From: an uncultured Poribacteria bacterium
Lineage (GTDB): Bacteria; Poribacteria; WGA-4E; WGA-3G
DNA length: 64,000 bases
NCBI GenBank assembly: GCA_951812525.1
Contig: OX638316.1
Span: 964,653 to 1,028,652 of the forward strand
Direction of reading: 5' to 3'
Shown here: positions 38,132 to 47,345 of the stretch, piece by piece
Numbering within the stretch: position 1 is the stretch's first letter
How the letters are laid out: each line of letters opens with the position of its first letter
Notes under the pieces: generated by a model
Seen by the model: only the letters and a program-made list of their open reading frames with translations
Told to the model about the DNA's origin: nothing
Database searches by the model: none
Made by a program: the position numbers and the translations under genes

Positions 38132-40366
38132 TTAAAAACGTCGCACCATTTCCATACTCCAAAACCGGGGTTCATTGACATAACCGGTTAGATTGTTGAA
38201 ATCAATACCGCCGGTGGGCGATGTATCGTTGAGGATGTTGCGTCCGACAAGTGCTACCTCTATGTCGGCATAGGGCAGTAAGCACGCAAGACGGACACCG
38301 CCTTGCAAGAGCCAATCATCGGCGTATTCCACAGATTCGTAGAGAAAGAATCTCACGCGGCTGCGATATGCCCAATCCGTAGATGCGATGAGGCGTGTCC
38401 CTCCGGGAAGGGCGAGAACGTAGTGGAGCGTTATATCTGCGATCCAACCGGGTGCTTGTGGCAGGCTATTACCGTTGATAGAAAAAGTGCCCGGAGCAGA
38501 AGCGCGCGGATCCAGCATCGTACACGGAGCACCGCAGCCCTGTATCGCTAAATTCGGATCGTCAATGCGGGTCTGGTTGTAACTAAGTCCTGCTGAGATC
38601 TCCAGCGACGTAATTGGTGCGAAACTCAACTCTGCCTCAATGCCTCGTCCGATGGTGCCTTCAGCGTTCACCAACCGATTGAAATTAGTTTCTCCACCCA
38701 CCGCAGTGAGCTGCTGGTCTTGCATAAAGTATTGGAACGCGCTCATATTTAGGTGCAACCGCTGTTGCCACAGGCGTAACTTCGTGCCACCTTCAACAGA
38801 GAGAATGGTCTCCGTATCCGCCATCGTGACAGCATCGCCAAACAGCAAGCGTCCCTGAATGCTGGGTGCACGGAACCCTCGCGCGGCGCGTAAATAGGTC
38901 TGGACGGTAGGTGTTACGCTATAACGGAGACTCAGATCTCCACTCCACACCGTATCCTGAGGATTCCGATGGATAGGACCGAGTTTGCCTGCTCCGGTCA
39001 CAGCAGGTGCCTCGTCACGCCACGCTGTATAGTCCTTCGCATCGTGAGACAGTCGTAAGCCGGCACCCAATTCGAGATCCTCAAGGCACTGGAAGGTCAT
39101 CGCCGCAAATGCCGCTTGTGCCGTAGCCGTCTGCTCTTGGCGCGTCTTGCCATCCGCGGTACCCCCTGCCAGCGTATTGTAGTTATAATCCTCCATCTCT
39201 ACAAACTCATGAAAATAGTACATCCCAAACTGATAGACGAGACGGCGCGCTTCTGGACTCATTAAACGGATTTCTTGGCTGAACTGGCGCAGCGCAGGAA
39301 TGCCGGATGCGGTTTCGGAAGGAAAGGGAATTTCGCCGGGACCGCTCGGTGGGCTGAACACAGCACCGTACCCGCCGTCAATGTCTCCGCGTGAAAAGTT
39401 GGTGAGTTGCTCCAGCCCTGTGAGCGAAACCAGTTGGAAGTTCCCAATATCGTAGCGGACTTCACCGACCAAACCTTGCGTCCTCAGGGTTTGCTCATTG
39501 CGTCCGTCGTGCGCAATGCTGTCACGAGCAAAGTCTTGAATCAGAGCCGCTTCACCCTTTGACAAGATGTTAGCGCGGAACAGGCGTGCGGTGCCGTCGA
39601 GATCACGCGCTTGGAACTTGATCCACGCTTCCAGTTCCGGTATAGGTGTCCACAATAGCTGCAAACGTCCAGCCAAGTCCCGATGCCCGCCAAGGACATT
39701 CTCTTCACCGGTATGTTCGTTATCCACCCAATCATCTCGCCACTGCGCAAGCAGTGAAAGCCTCGCGGAAAGCACAGACGAAACAAGCGGACCCGATACC
39801 GCGCCCTCAAAATTACTAGTGTTGAACTGCCCGTAACTGAGTCGTCCGTATCCTTCCAATGTTTGTGTAGGACGTGCCGATTCAAACTTTACAATGCCAG
39901 CAGGTGTATTACGTCCAAACAGCGTGCCTTGTGGTCCGCGCAGCACCTCAATCCGATCAAGGTCAAAGGCAGGATACCCTTTCAACATTGCGTTTTCAAG
40001 TACAACCCCATCGTAGAGCACCGAAACCGGCTGCGAAGCGTTGAGGTCAAAGTCTGTATTGCCCAAGCCGCGAATAAAAAAGCGTGGAAAGATACGCCCA
40101 AACGAGGATTCCATCTGTAAACTGGGGGTACGATTCGACAAAAAACGTACATCCATACCTGACGAACGTAAGGCATCGAATTTCTCACCTTGGACTGTCG
40201 ATACCGAGAGTGGCACTTCAAAAGAGCGTTGTTCGCGCTTGCGGGCGGTAACCACGATGTCTTCCATCACAACAACATCTTCGGTTTCCTCATCGGCAAC
40301 GACTGTCAGAGATATAGATAACAGGACCAAGAAAATCAAAGCATAAAACTGTTTATTAAAGTTCAT
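38132..40366 (-). CDS. TonB-dependent receptor
   Basis: Signal peptide, DIVVTARKRE TonB box region, plug IEVLRGPQGTLFGRNTPAG, C-terminal Phe. Confidence 0.92.
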   Translation of the reverse strand: MNFNKQFYALIFLVLLSISLTVVADEETEDVVVMEDIVVTARKREQRSFEVPLSVSTVQGEKFDALRSSGMDVRFLSNRTPSLQMESSFGRIFPRFFIRGLGNTDFDLNASQPVSVLYDGVVLENAMLKGYPAFDLDRIEVLRGPQGTLFGRNTPAGIVKFESARPTQTLEGYGRLSYGQFNTSNFEGAVSGPLVSSVLSARLSLLAQWRDDWVDNEHTGEENVLGGHRDLAGRLQLLWTPIPELEAWIKFQARDLDGTARLFRANILSKGEAALIQDFARDSIAHDGRNEQTLRTQGLVGEVRYDIGNFQLVSLTGLEQLTNFSRGDIDGGYGAVFSPPSGPGEIPFPSETASGIPALRQFSQEIRLMSPEARRLVYQFGMYYFHEFVEMEDYNYNTLAGGTADGKTRQEQTATAQAAFAAMTFQCLEDLELGAGLRLSHDAKDYTAWRDEAPAVTGAGKLGPIHRNPQDTVWSGDLSLRYSVTPTVQTYLRAARGFRAPSIQGRLLFGDAVTMADTETILSVEGGTKLRLWQQRLHLNMSAFQYFMQDQQLTAVGGETNFNRLVNAEGTIGRGIEAELSFAPITSLEISAGLSYNQTRIDDPNLAIQGCGAPCTMLDPRASAPGTFSINGNSLPQAPGWIADITLHYVLALPGGTRLIASTDWAYRSRVRFFLYESVEYADDWLLQGGVRLACLLPYADIEVALVGRNILNDTSPTGGIDFNNLTGYVNEPRFWSMEMVRRF

Positions 40367-41105
40367 AATCTGCCTTTCAAACTAAAGTGCGATGTGTTCT
40401 ATGTAAAATAGGGATATGGTACGGAAAACCTCACATCTAATGCTAAATGAATAGTAATATTTTAACATACCGAAACCCGAAAAGCAATTTTGGTCTAATG
40501 TGGAGATTTATTGTCTGAATCAGGATTTACAGGATTAGAGGATTTGCAAGATTCACTTACGATCAAAATGCAAGAGGGGTTTGATCTATTCCTAGATCAA
40601 AGCATGCCCTACTACGAACCAGGCAGGAATTCCGATTTTATTTAGGGGCAATTCACGGAGGCTTCACGGAGCTTTCATCCGTAGTAGGCAGCCATTGACT
40701 TCGTAAGATCGAAAAAACGCACTCTCCGTGAAAAGCAATTTTTAGCCGAATAAAAAAGCACATATAAACGTATCCTCGGAGTTTGTGATTGCAGGCTTAG
40801 CACAGGCAGTTGAGAAAGCACAAGATCTAGTTGCAGTATCAACAAGCGAACACTTTGATAAGCAATCGCAGGTGTTGATATCGTTATCGGCAGCTTTGCA
40901 TAAGATTTTGCGTGATGAAAAGCAGTCCTGAGGAAAAGGGATGGAATTTAAAGCGTATTATGGAATGAAAGATTAGGGATTGTGGATTTATTTTTTATAA
41001 TTTGGTTTCTACCAGACACGCGGTAAATACGAAGCGATAGAAGAATAATGGTTGTGTTGTTCTCCTTATCGCTTTTTGATCTGTGCATATTGTCCGAATC
41101 GCGGA

Positions 41106-42815
41106 TTACATAGATTCACTGCATTTACCGCTGAGTTTGCCACTCTGCACAACAGAAATGAGGAAATCAACTGTATCCAAAGCCTGTTCGAGAATTGCAA
41201 TGAACGCTTCTTGCTGCCCCAAGCTATCAACTCCGAAGTACTTAGCAATCTTTTGATAGCCGCGACCTTTCCTATGACCGCTACCCTCGGACCGCAACGC
41301 CTGAAGTTTTTGTAAAAAAGAAATTCGGCGATCTGCATCCTCAATAGAATAGAAACTAAGGACCTCGCCAAGAATTTCAATGCTCCGTTTAACTTTAAGA
41401 TTCGCCTTCTCCGGCGCGGGTAAAAGTCTCTTTAGTGATTTTACATTTATTGATTCAATTAATATCGTTTGGAGATCCTGAACTAAGTCATCAAAATGAC
41501 ATTGTTCGTTATTAACCGGAACTCTCAGGCGTTGGAAGCGGTACTCATCTTCAGAACCCAGCGATCTCAGCAATTGCCACCCCAGACGCTCATCACATGC
41601 TTTTTGTAACTGCTCATAACTTTGTTTGAACAAGATATCAGGTTGATCTGAACTTGCCCACTTTCCCTGAACCATACGTCTGTAAAAGGTTTCACTCACA
41701 CCACCTTCTGGTGGGATATTGTACTGCGGTTGACTCCAGTGACATTGTTCGGCATAAGGTAGGGATATCCCAAGTTCGTCTAAACACACACAAACTTTGT
41801 CAGAAGAATGATGGTTGTCAATCTTCATACTCCACAATCCACAACGCACTATTGAATCGCTAACGGTGTATTTACTGGGTTCGCTATAGTATTTATCCAA
41901 GACCCGCTTACGGAAATGCACAGGTGTAAAGTCCCAAGGCGCATTTGGATTTTTACCAGAAACAACTCTCAACTCACGTGGATTGCATGTATGGTAAACT
42001 TCATCTCCATTCTCGTCAACATCAACGATGAATTCGGCATACTTTGGTTCCTCAGCGAAATCCCCGAAACCGCTCTTAGATTTCGGTAACGGTTTGATAA
42101 GTCTTCTTCCTCTCAGCCAACTGGCTGATTGAAATTCTTGGCACCAAGGGTCGCCATAATGATTATATTTCCAACACATAAAACCATCGCGCTTTGACTC
42201 ACGTCTGAAATCAAGTGGTTCATCGTCGCTGAGTCCGAGTTCTTGAAGGGAATGTTCGGAATACTCATTGAATTCAAATAGCATTGACAGATACATCTCT
42301 TTGACAGCTAAGAATTGCCGAATTTCCTTGAGCCTTATCTGTACCTCATTAGACTTAACAGTAGCGACTGTTTCTTCATTTCCAGCGTCATCAATTTTGA
42401 TGTACGTATCCGTTTTTCTGTCGTGATAGAGGTTATGGAAAAGTCGGAATTCCTCAGAGATCTCAAAATAATTTTCCTTCATTTTACTAAATTGACGACC
42501 GATAACCAGTGGTTCCGTCCCATACACATCTTCATCAACACCCCAGCGAAAGTATATAACCGGACTTTCTCGATCAGAACGGTAAGCCGCAGGTTCGGGC
42601 CACATGTTTTCTACTACACCAGAAATATGTTGTTCAGAAAGGGCTTCATCAACCAAATCGTATGGAATCAACCCGCTAAAAATGAAGTAGTCGCCTCTAA
42701 AATCTTCGGGATTCCACCGGGACACGGTTACCATCTCGGTCGCTCCCAGGTCACGCCCAATCCACTTCAGATTATGTTCTTGCAGTAACCGTTCTCGATC
42801 TGATTCAATAATCAT
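41106..42815 (-). CDS. uncharacterised 569-aa cytoplasmic protein, candidate HEPN-like (RxxxxxH) defence protein
   Basis: Long AT-rich ORF with own promoter; C-terminal helical region LQALRSEGSGHRKG; function is inference. Confidence 0.6.
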   Translation of the reverse strand: MIIESDRERLLQEHNLKWIGRDLGATEMVTVSRWNPEDFRGDYFIFSGLIPYDLVDEALSEQHISGVVENMWPEPAAYRSDRESPVIYFRWGVDEDVYGTEPLVIGRQFSKMKENYFEISEEFRLFHNLYHDRKTDTYIKIDDAGNEETVATVKSNEVQIRLKEIRQFLAVKEMYLSMLFEFNEYSEHSLQELGLSDDEPLDFRRESKRDGFMCWKYNHYGDPWCQEFQSASWLRGRRLIKPLPKSKSGFGDFAEEPKYAEFIVDVDENGDEVYHTCNPRELRVVSGKNPNAPWDFTPVHFRKRVLDKYYSEPSKYTVSDSIVRCGLWSMKIDNHHSSDKVCVCLDELGISLPYAEQCHWSQPQYNIPPEGGVSETFYRRMVQGKWASSDQPDILFKQSYEQLQKACDERLGWQLLRSLGSEDEYRFQRLRVPVNNEQCHFDDLVQDLQTILIESINVKSLKRLLPAPEKANLKVKRSIEILGEVLSFYSIEDADRRISFLQKLQALRSEGSGHRKGRGYQKIAKYFGVDSLGQQEAFIAILEQALDTVDFLISVVQSGKLSGKCSESM

Positions 42816-42842
42816 AATCTTAATTGCTTCTTGTTTTTTAAC

Positions 42843-42968
42843 TATGGTAAAACCTAGAAATAAATGGACATCTTTGTAGCATAAACTGTTAGTTTCTGCC
42901 AGTGTGAATGCTCATTAGTGGCATTCACACTCTTTAAGAATGTCCAATTAATTCTAATATCTACCATA
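42843..42968. mobile_element. TA-ended MITE containing a GTAG hairpin
   Basis: Left TATGGTAAAACCTAGAAATAAATGGACAT; right end reverse complement TATGGTAGATATTAGAATTAAATTGGACAT; internal GTAGCATAAACTGTTAGTTTCTGC. Confidence 0.6.
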
Positions 42969-43052
42969 ATAATAGGGCACGAAGCACAACCGCTAGGAAC
43001 CTTGGTATACCTCAAACCCGATGTTTTAATTTATGTTAATTTATGTTAAAAT

Positions 43053-43080
43053 AGTATACCACGCAATTCACGTTTGTCAA
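43053..43080 (-). promoter_or_regulatory. promoter for 41106-42815
   Basis: TTGACA-16bp-TATACT with extended TG on minus; direct repeat TTAATTTATG x2 just downstream. Confidence 0.55.
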
Positions 43081-43367
43081 CGGAAAGGCGCATACCCTTA
43101 GAATTACTTACAGCAAAGACTACAATTATGGACTATAACCCACTAGCATGCAATGGTGAGGTTTCCTAACCTCGCCAGCAGAGAACAGCAAATTCATTTG
43201 TCATAAGAGACGGTCAGTATGTTTTCAAGGTGGGACAGTTTTGTAATAAATACCTACTTCCAAATCATGGATGAATAGAAGTATAGACTTTCTGTAGTTC
43301 GGAACTTTTCCTATAGTAGGATTATCAGACTATTTTCTCACACACAAAACTTGTAATTTCTAATGAG

Positions 43368-43604
43368 CTAAGGACTCATAACCATGATTGGGACAGATAT
43401 TCTTTCTGGTGCAGTATCGCTGTTCTGCGCCAAGGTATCAAGCTGGTCGAGTGTAGCTGCGGCGTAATATCGCTGCCCACACTCTTGGCAGACATCCACT
43501 GGTACATCCTTAATAATTACCAATTTGCCTTCATACGAATGATTAACGGTAACCTTTTTCGGGCGGATCTCGCCACTACAATATTCGCATTCAAAAGCAT
43601 TCAT
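43368..43604 (-). CDS. YgiT-type zinc-finger protein (MqsA-like antitoxin)
   Basis: CEYC...IIKDVPVDVCQECGQRYY; 4-bp ATGA overlap with the upstream gene. Confidence 0.85.
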   Translation of the reverse strand: MNAFECEYCSGEIRPKKVTVNHSYEGKLVIIKDVPVDVCQECGQRYYAAATLDQLDTLAQNSDTAPERISVPIMVMSP

Positions 43605-43969
43605 TGTTGTATCTCCTCTGTTGCATACACTGTTATAATTCGCAATACTTCAGAATCCAGAATGCGACAGATCACATTGATTTCCCTCCCATCGCGAGCA
43701 GGTCCTGTGAGCCTATATCGAGGACCTCTCCGATCGCGAGTAAATCTCTGAACTATTTTACCTCTCCGAATTGCATGCTTCACATCGGGCGTTGATAGCA
43801 TGTCCTTTCGCATTTCATCTAACGCATGTTGAGTTACTTGATAGGTGTTCTGAATGACTTTCTGTTGAATTGATTGGAGAACCCGACTTCTTCTTACCCC
43901 TACCGCCTTTCCTATAAGCACACCCCACGGGTTCTGAAGAACGTGGTCTGCGCCTACTTTGCGTAACAT
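43601..43969 (-). CDS. DUF4258 family protein (putative RNase toxin)
   Basis: YQVTQHALDEM...RGPRYRLTG...GREINVIC...RIITVY; start uncertain; promoter TTGACT-17-TATACT at 44007-43979. Confidence 0.8.
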   Translation of the reverse strand: MLRKVGADHVLQNPWGVLIGKAVGVRRSRVLQSIQQKVIQNTYQVTQHALDEMRKDMLSTPDVKHAIRRGKIVQRFTRDRRGPRYRLTGPARDGREINVICRILDSEVLRIITVYATEEIQQ

Positions 43970-44043
43970 ATACTTCAAAGTATATCACAAATTCGGCGAA
44001 AAGTCAAAGATCCCATATCAGAAACCGTCAGCTGTAGATGTGA

Positions 44044-44121
44044 GTCGCGAACAGGAACTCGCTCCTACAGAAAGAGGATAAGGATGAAACTGAGGTGTCG
44101 GGATTTGGAAATCCCTCCTAC
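44044..44121 (-). repeat. two GTAG-REP hairpins
   Basis: Minus strand GTAGGAGGGATTTCCAAATCCCGAC and GTAGGAGCGAGTTCCTGTTCGCGAC. Confidence 0.7.
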
Positions 44122-44282
44122 AGGAAGAGGTTTCGAGTAGGAAATCAAAAGTATAGGCGGATTAAATCACTCATATTAGTAATAACAAATCGCTTTACAT
44201 TCTCCTAAATTGCGTGTTATAATTAGAGGTAAAACACAACAAAAGAGTAGGGTTCTCTCTACTTCAACGGAGCATATATTTT

Positions 44283-45689
44283 ATGGAACTTTTTGAAGCC
44301 GTCAGTCCACTGGATTTTAGATATTATGGCGGTGATTCCAATTTTATGAAGCGGTTGCTGCCCTATGTCTCTGAGGCAGGATATGTTACATATCAGGCAA
44401 AGGTAGAGGCGGCACTCGTGCGGACCTTGGCAAACTACGGTGTCTGCTCGTCAGCGATCGCTGATGAGGTGGAAGCAGCGGTTGATCTCGTAACGGCAGA
44501 AGAGGTATACGAAGAACAGTCCCGTATTCGGCATAACATCCGTTCACTTGTCAATGTGATCCGACGGAAGATTAGTCCCGAAGCGCGTCCTTATGTCCAC
44601 CTGTTTGCGACCTCTGCCGACATTTTGGATACCGCTACCGCTTTGCGGTTCAAAGCACTGACCGAAAACGTCATTGTTCCCGATCTGGTTGCTTTGGAAC
44701 AACAACTGATTGCACTGGCACGTGAACACGCAGAAACAGTACAAATCGGTAGGACACACGGTCAACACGCCGAACCGACAACGTTCGGTTATGCACTGGC
44801 ACTCTATGTGAGTCGCCTCGGCACCCGACTTGAGAAGATTCATGAGGCAGGGAAAAATCTCCGTGGTCAATTCTCAGGTGCAGTCGGTGCGTTTAACGGA
44901 CTCACGCTGATTCATGAACACCCAGAACGAATTGAGGCTGACTTTCTCGAACTGCTCGGTTTGAAACCGGCTGATACGCACACATCAACACAGTGCGTGG
45001 AACCCGAATTCATCTCCGACTTGGCATACGAGATCACGGCGGCGTACACGGTGCTTGCGAACTTCGCAGACGATATGCGACACCTCTATCGCACTGAGAT
45101 CGCTGAGGTCGGTCGAAAATACAACCCGCAACTGGTAGGTTCCTCAACGATGCCACACAAGGTGAATCCAGAGGCGTATGAGAATATCAAAAGTTTGTGG
45201 AAGGCTTTTGTGCCGCGTATGCAGACGGTTTTCATGGATAGTATTTTAGAACACCAACGTGATCTGACGAATTCGGCATCAAGCCGTTTCGTGACGGAAT
45301 TGTTTACAGCATTTGACTATGCGATCTACCGACTTCGGCGTGCGTTGGATGAGATGGATGTAAAGGCGGATAATATGCTGCGTAATCTCGCTCTGAGCGC
45401 GGAGGATACGATTGCAGAACCGATCTATTTGTTGATGGCGTATTACGGGTTTCCCGATGCGTATGATCACACTCGTAAGTTAATCGGACAGGTGCATCAG
45501 ACTGGAAAGAGCTTGACAACGCTGTTGTGGGAAGATGAGACGTTTCGTCCGTTCCTCGACAAACTAACAGAACCGCAGCGTGAGGCACTCCGGGATCCAA
45601 CGAATTATATCGGTGCTGCCGTCCGACTCACGCACGCGACGTGTGATGCGTGGGAGAAGCGGATTACTAATTACGGTGACGGTGGTTAA
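44283..45689 (+). CDS. purB: adenylosuccinate lyase
   Basis: SPLDFRY, HLFATSADI, GRTHGQHAEPTT, GSSTMPHKVNP, HQRDLTNSA. Confidence 0.92.
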   Translation: MELFEAVSPLDFRYYGGDSNFMKRLLPYVSEAGYVTYQAKVEAALVRTLANYGVCSSAIADEVEAAVDLVTAEEVYEEQSRIRHNIRSLVNVIRRKISPEARPYVHLFATSADILDTATALRFKALTENVIVPDLVALEQQLIALAREHAETVQIGRTHGQHAEPTTFGYALALYVSRLGTRLEKIHEAGKNLRGQFSGAVGAFNGLTLIHEHPERIEADFLELLGLKPADTHTSTQCVEPEFISDLAYEITAAYTVLANFADDMRHLYRTEIAEVGRKYNPQLVGSSTMPHKVNPEAYENIKSLWKAFVPRMQTVFMDSILEHQRDLTNSASSRFVTELFTAFDYAIYRLRRALDEMDVKADNMLRNLALSAEDTIAEPIYLLMAYYGFPDAYDHTRKLIGQVHQTGKSLTTLLWEDETFRPFLDKLTEPQREALRDPTNYIGAAVRLTHATCDAWEKRITNYGDGG

Positions 45690-45779
45690 TAAATCGTTGC
45701 GACTGCAATGTTAGTGTCAGAGTTGATAAACCGTAGCACGTGATTTGAGGTTTGAAAACTAAACAGCGGTGATAAGGCG

Positions 45780-47297
45780 ATGTTGCTGACACTTATTCGG
45801 CGAGAATTGCTTGCTAATCTTATGACATTTCGGTTTTCCGTCGCGATGGTCGTTACACTGTTGCTGGTCGTCGCGAATACCGTCGTCCTGATTACCGATT
45901 ACGAACGTCGCCTGATAAGCTACAATACTGCAGTAAAGCAACACCACGCGCGGATTTCAGACGCCAGGACCTACTCGAAGTTGCAGAACGAGACCATCGT
46001 GGACCGACCACCCAACCCGCTGAGCATTTTCAATGCGGGTCTGGATCGACGACTCGGCAACTCTATCAAGGTCAGCCATATCCTTGTACCAACCCTCTGG
46101 GACACCCAATCTCACAGTGCTGATAACCCTTTTCTTAACCTATTTTCCAGTGTCGATCTGATTATGATTTTTCAGGTAATTCTCAGTCTACTGGCACTGC
46201 TTTTTGCGCACGACGCGATCGCTGGCGAACGGGAAGCAGGCACGCTCCGGTTGACGATGACAAATCCTATCAGTCGCCCCGTTATTCTGATAGCAAAATA
46301 CATTAGTGCGATGGTTTGTCTGATTCTGCCAGTAGTCATGAGTCTGCTACTCGCGCTAATCCTATTCTCTGTATCGGGGTCAATTGCGCTTAGCGTTGAT
46401 GATTGGCTCCGAATCGGTGGCATTTTGCTGACATCAATCATTTATCTCTCGGTATTCTACCTGATAGGATTGCTTATCTCGACGATCACTCGTCGAACAG
46501 CGACTGCCTTGATGTTGGCAATGGTAATATGGAGTACCGTAGTTCTGATTTATCCGAGCCTCAGTGTATTCGCCGTCAATAGACTTTGGCAAGCCCCTTC
46601 TCGATTGGAAGCGGCTTATGGTGAAATTGAGCAGATCTGGGAGGCGTTTGAAAGAGAACGCATAAATTTCTTGAAAAACGATGGCGTCGAGGGAGAAGAC
46701 CCGAATTTTAATGTGAAGACGCCAGGTGACGGGAGTGTACCCGATTGGACCAATTCGACCCGGACGATACTCCAGTATTTTAAGCCAGCATATCGGGAAA
46801 TGACACGTATCGAGCCGGATTCAGAACCGCAGATCCCTTATGTCAAAGCCTACTATCAATTCTCAGAACCACAACGGATCCGTGCGGCAGAGAGAACGTG
46901 GTTGGTCCGTCAGAAAACCTTGGATCAAATTCACGTCCACAAAGCAGACGTGGCGAAGATTCTGATGCGTTTTTCACCGGCAGCGATGTACGATCTCGCA
47001 ACCGAAGCGTGGGCAGGAACAGATTTCCACAGCATTACGGATTTTATCACGGCAGTCCAGCAGTACCGGCAAACGATTATCGATTATTTCTATGATAAGG
47101 GAGCCTTTTCTTCGCGGCAATGGTTCGCTAGTGACCACGGCATTGTCGAATGGAGCGACTTACCTCGGTTTTCTTATCGCCGGACAAATATAGCGACCAG
47201 CGTCCAGCACGCCAGCGGCGATATTGCCTGCCTGCTACTCATCAATGTTGTGCTGTTCATGACGACGTTTCTCATCTTTGTGCGTCAAGAAGTGTAG
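45780..47297 (+). CDS. ABC-2 type permease, type A copy 4
   Basis: MLLTLIRRELLANLMTFRF, AGEREAGTLRL; paralog of the 13-22 kb array. Confidence 0.85.
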   Translation: MLLTLIRRELLANLMTFRFSVAMVVTLLLVVANTVVLITDYERRLISYNTAVKQHHARISDARTYSKLQNETIVDRPPNPLSIFNAGLDRRLGNSIKVSHILVPTLWDTQSHSADNPFLNLFSSVDLIMIFQVILSLLALLFAHDAIAGEREAGTLRLTMTNPISRPVILIAKYISAMVCLILPVVMSLLLALILFSVSGSIALSVDDWLRIGGILLTSIIYLSVFYLIGLLISTITRRTATALMLAMVIWSTVVLIYPSLSVFAVNRLWQAPSRLEAAYGEIEQIWEAFERERINFLKNDGVEGEDPNFNVKTPGDGSVPDWTNSTRTILQYFKPAYREMTRIEPDSEPQIPYVKAYYQFSEPQRIRAAERTWLVRQKTLDQIHVHKADVAKILMRFSPAAMYDLATEAWAGTDFHSITDFITAVQQYRQTIIDYFYDKGAFSSRQWFASDHGIVEWSDLPRFSYRRTNIATSVQHASGDIACLLLINVVLFMTTFLIFVRQEV

Positions 47298-47345
47298 AAT
47301 AGTTTTCACTACTCAATACCCAGTACTCAGCACCCAAAACTAATT

